DNA of 6,976 nucleotides from a virus (Duplodnaviria; Heunggongvirae; Uroviricota; Caudoviricetes): IMG/VR virus record IMGVR_UViG_2695420732_000010, positions 1 to 6,976 of that record; one strand, 5' to 3'. Shown piece by piece: positions 5,892 to 6,976 of this stretch (position 1 is its first letter; each line of letters starts with the position of its first letter). The notes under the pieces were generated by a model. It saw only the letters and a program-made list of their open reading frames with translations, ran no database searches and was not told where the DNA came from. The position numbers and the translations under genes were made by a program.

Positions 5892-6533
5892 TCAGTGAAC
5901 GGTATCGAGCAGCTTTAACAGCTCAGGGAATCGGGATTCGAAGAAATGCGGCTGCGTCTCGCGCGGATTTGCAGGACTGGTGATGTTCTTGCCGAACATG
6001 CAGCCTTTCGCCGTCAGCGACCAGAATTTTTTGATGTTGTTAATCGCGGTACGGCTGTATCGTTCGCGTTGTTCAACGATCCCCAGCTTCGCCATCTGGT
6101 GATATGCCTGATTAGCCGTCAGGCGGATACCATATTGCTTCAGCAGTGCACTCAGCGACAGCGTGGGGCGACTTGAGCCATCAGGCGCGTCAGCAGGAGC
6201 ATCAATGGCATAGCGCGGTGCCAGATTCGGTAAGCCAACAGCCTCCTGGAGTTTCTGACAGGCACCAAGCACAGATGAGTTAGACAGGTTTAACTCCCGA
6301 CGCATAAAGTCCAGCAGAATCACACCAGCCTGCATCTTGTCAGCAGCCTGCCCGGATAATTTTTCCGGTGCGCTGGTTACCATGTCGAAAGTACGGATCA
6401 CCTTCAGATGGAATGACGGGCTGATCCACATTGCATAGGCATACACCAGTTCCTTACAGACATACGTTCCCCGTTCATTTCCCCCATGAATCACACTCAC
6501 CGGGTCAACACCCAAATTCTGGGTGTTGGTCAA
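5892..6533 (-). CDS. KilA-N domain-type phage protein, probably 5'-truncated by the IS insertion
   Basis: GTYVCKELVYAYAMWISPSFHLKV at residues 23-46 resembles the C-terminal half of the KilA-N domain (GTWVHPDLAxxFAxWLSPEF). The track start is a TTG, and the frame stays open upstream through 6534-6571 and across the IS boundary at 6572, so the native N-terminus appears missing. Confidence 0.55.
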   Translation of the reverse strand: MTNTQNLGVDPVSVIHGGNERGTYVCKELVYAYAMWISPSFHLKVIRTFDMVTSAPEKLSGQAADKMQAGVILLDFMRRELNLSNSSVLGACQKLQEAVGLPNLAPRYAIDAPADAPDGSSRPTLSLSALLKQYGIRLTANQAYHQMAKLGIVEQRERYSRTAINNIKKFWSLTAKGCMFGKNITSPANPRETQPHFFESRFPELLKLLDTVH

Positions 6534-6571
6534 TTCATGAACAAGCTCAACAGTTTGTTGGCTGGAAAGAA

Positions 6572-6976
6572 TGAACCGCCCCGGGTTTCCTGGAGAGTAT
6601 TTTATCTGTGAACTCAGGCTGCCAGATCATTATTTCCGATGGAAGCATAATAAGCTTTTTCTGCTTCTGCCGGAGGAATATGGCCCAGCCTTTCCAGCAA
6701 TCGTCGATTGTTATACCAGTCCACCCACGTTAGTGTGGCCAGTTCCACTTCTGTCCGGTTTTTCCAGCTCTTACGGTGTATTACCTCCGCTTTGTAAAGA
6801 CCATTGATGCTCTCAGCCATCGCGTTGTCATACGAGTCGCCAGTACTCCCTGTTGATGCCAGTAATCCGGCTTCCTTAAGCCGCTGCGTGTAGGCCAGCG
6901 ATACATACTGAGAACCTTTATCACTGTGATGGATTGTGCCGGACGGCCGACGGGCCCACAACGCCTGCTCCAGTGC
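6572..6976 (-). mobile_element. IS3-family insertion sequence, IS629/IS1203-like, right end (partial; continues beyond window)
   Basis: Plus-strand 6572 onward reads TGAACCGCCCCGGGTTTCCTGGAGAG, matching the terminal inverted repeat I recall for IS629 (TGAACCGCCCCGGGAATCCTGGAGAC); the transposase stop lies 40 bp inside this end. Confidence 0.7.
6614..6976 (-). CDS. IS3-family transposase OrfB (DDE integrase core), C-terminal part; N-terminus beyond window end
   Basis: Frame open to the window edge. Translation ...ALEQALWARRPSGTIHHSDKGSQYVSLAYTQRLKEAGLLASTGSTGDSYDNAMAESINGLYKAEV...IGNNDLAA carries the second Asp (HSDKGSQY) and Glu (DNAMAES) blocks of the DDE triad. Confidence 0.85.
   Translation of the reverse strand, partial: ALEQALWARRPSGTIHHSDKGSQYVSLAYTQRLKEAGLLASTGSTGDSYDNAMAESINGLYKAEVIHRKSWKNRTEVELATLTWVDWYNNRRLLERLGHIPPAEAEKAYYASIGNNDLAA

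Noticed and set aside
5946-6176. 76-aa plus-strand ORF
   Set aside because: Antisense to the KilA-N-type gene; Arg-rich shadow frame.
6571-6807. 78-aa plus-strand ORF across the IS end
   Set aside because: Runs antisense through the IS terminal repeat and the transposase C-terminus; not a known IS629 reading frame as far as I recall.
1-6976. CRISPR array, integrase/att site, or Shiga-toxin genes
   Set aside because: No direct-repeat/spacer periodicity seen, no integrase ORF, and nothing resembling stxA/stxB in the position after the tRNAs; the only partial tRNA is the internal remnant, which sits inside the tRNA cluster rather than at a prophage boundary.

Overview
The window reads as a segment of a lambdoid prophage from an E. 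coli-like enterobacterium, with the phage genes on the minus strand. From high to low coordinates: the right end of an IS3-family (IS629-like) element inserted into the 5' end of a KilA-N-type gene; a 171-aa hypothetical gene; a DUF968/YdfU-like gene; a QuuD/Q82-type Q antiterminator with an intrinsic terminator just past its stop. Between Q and the late-region block sits a ~1.5 kb AT-rich island (about 25-30% GC versus about 50% in flanks, from hand counts) on the plus strand. It encodes a 308-aa Asn/Lys-rich soluble protein and an overlapping 182-aa protein with four predicted transmembrane helices. I cannot assign either to a known family by eye; this pair is the prime candidate for a novel accessory system, possibly an abortive-infection/anti-phage module. 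Below the island (minus strand): a hairpin terminator, a small ORF, a beta-class N6-adenine DNA methyltransferase, tRNA-Ile2(CAU), a degenerate tRNA-like remnant, tRNA-Arg(UCU), a terminator, and a TerB-family gene running off the window start. All family assignments are from reading the translations and recalled motifs; no database search was run.
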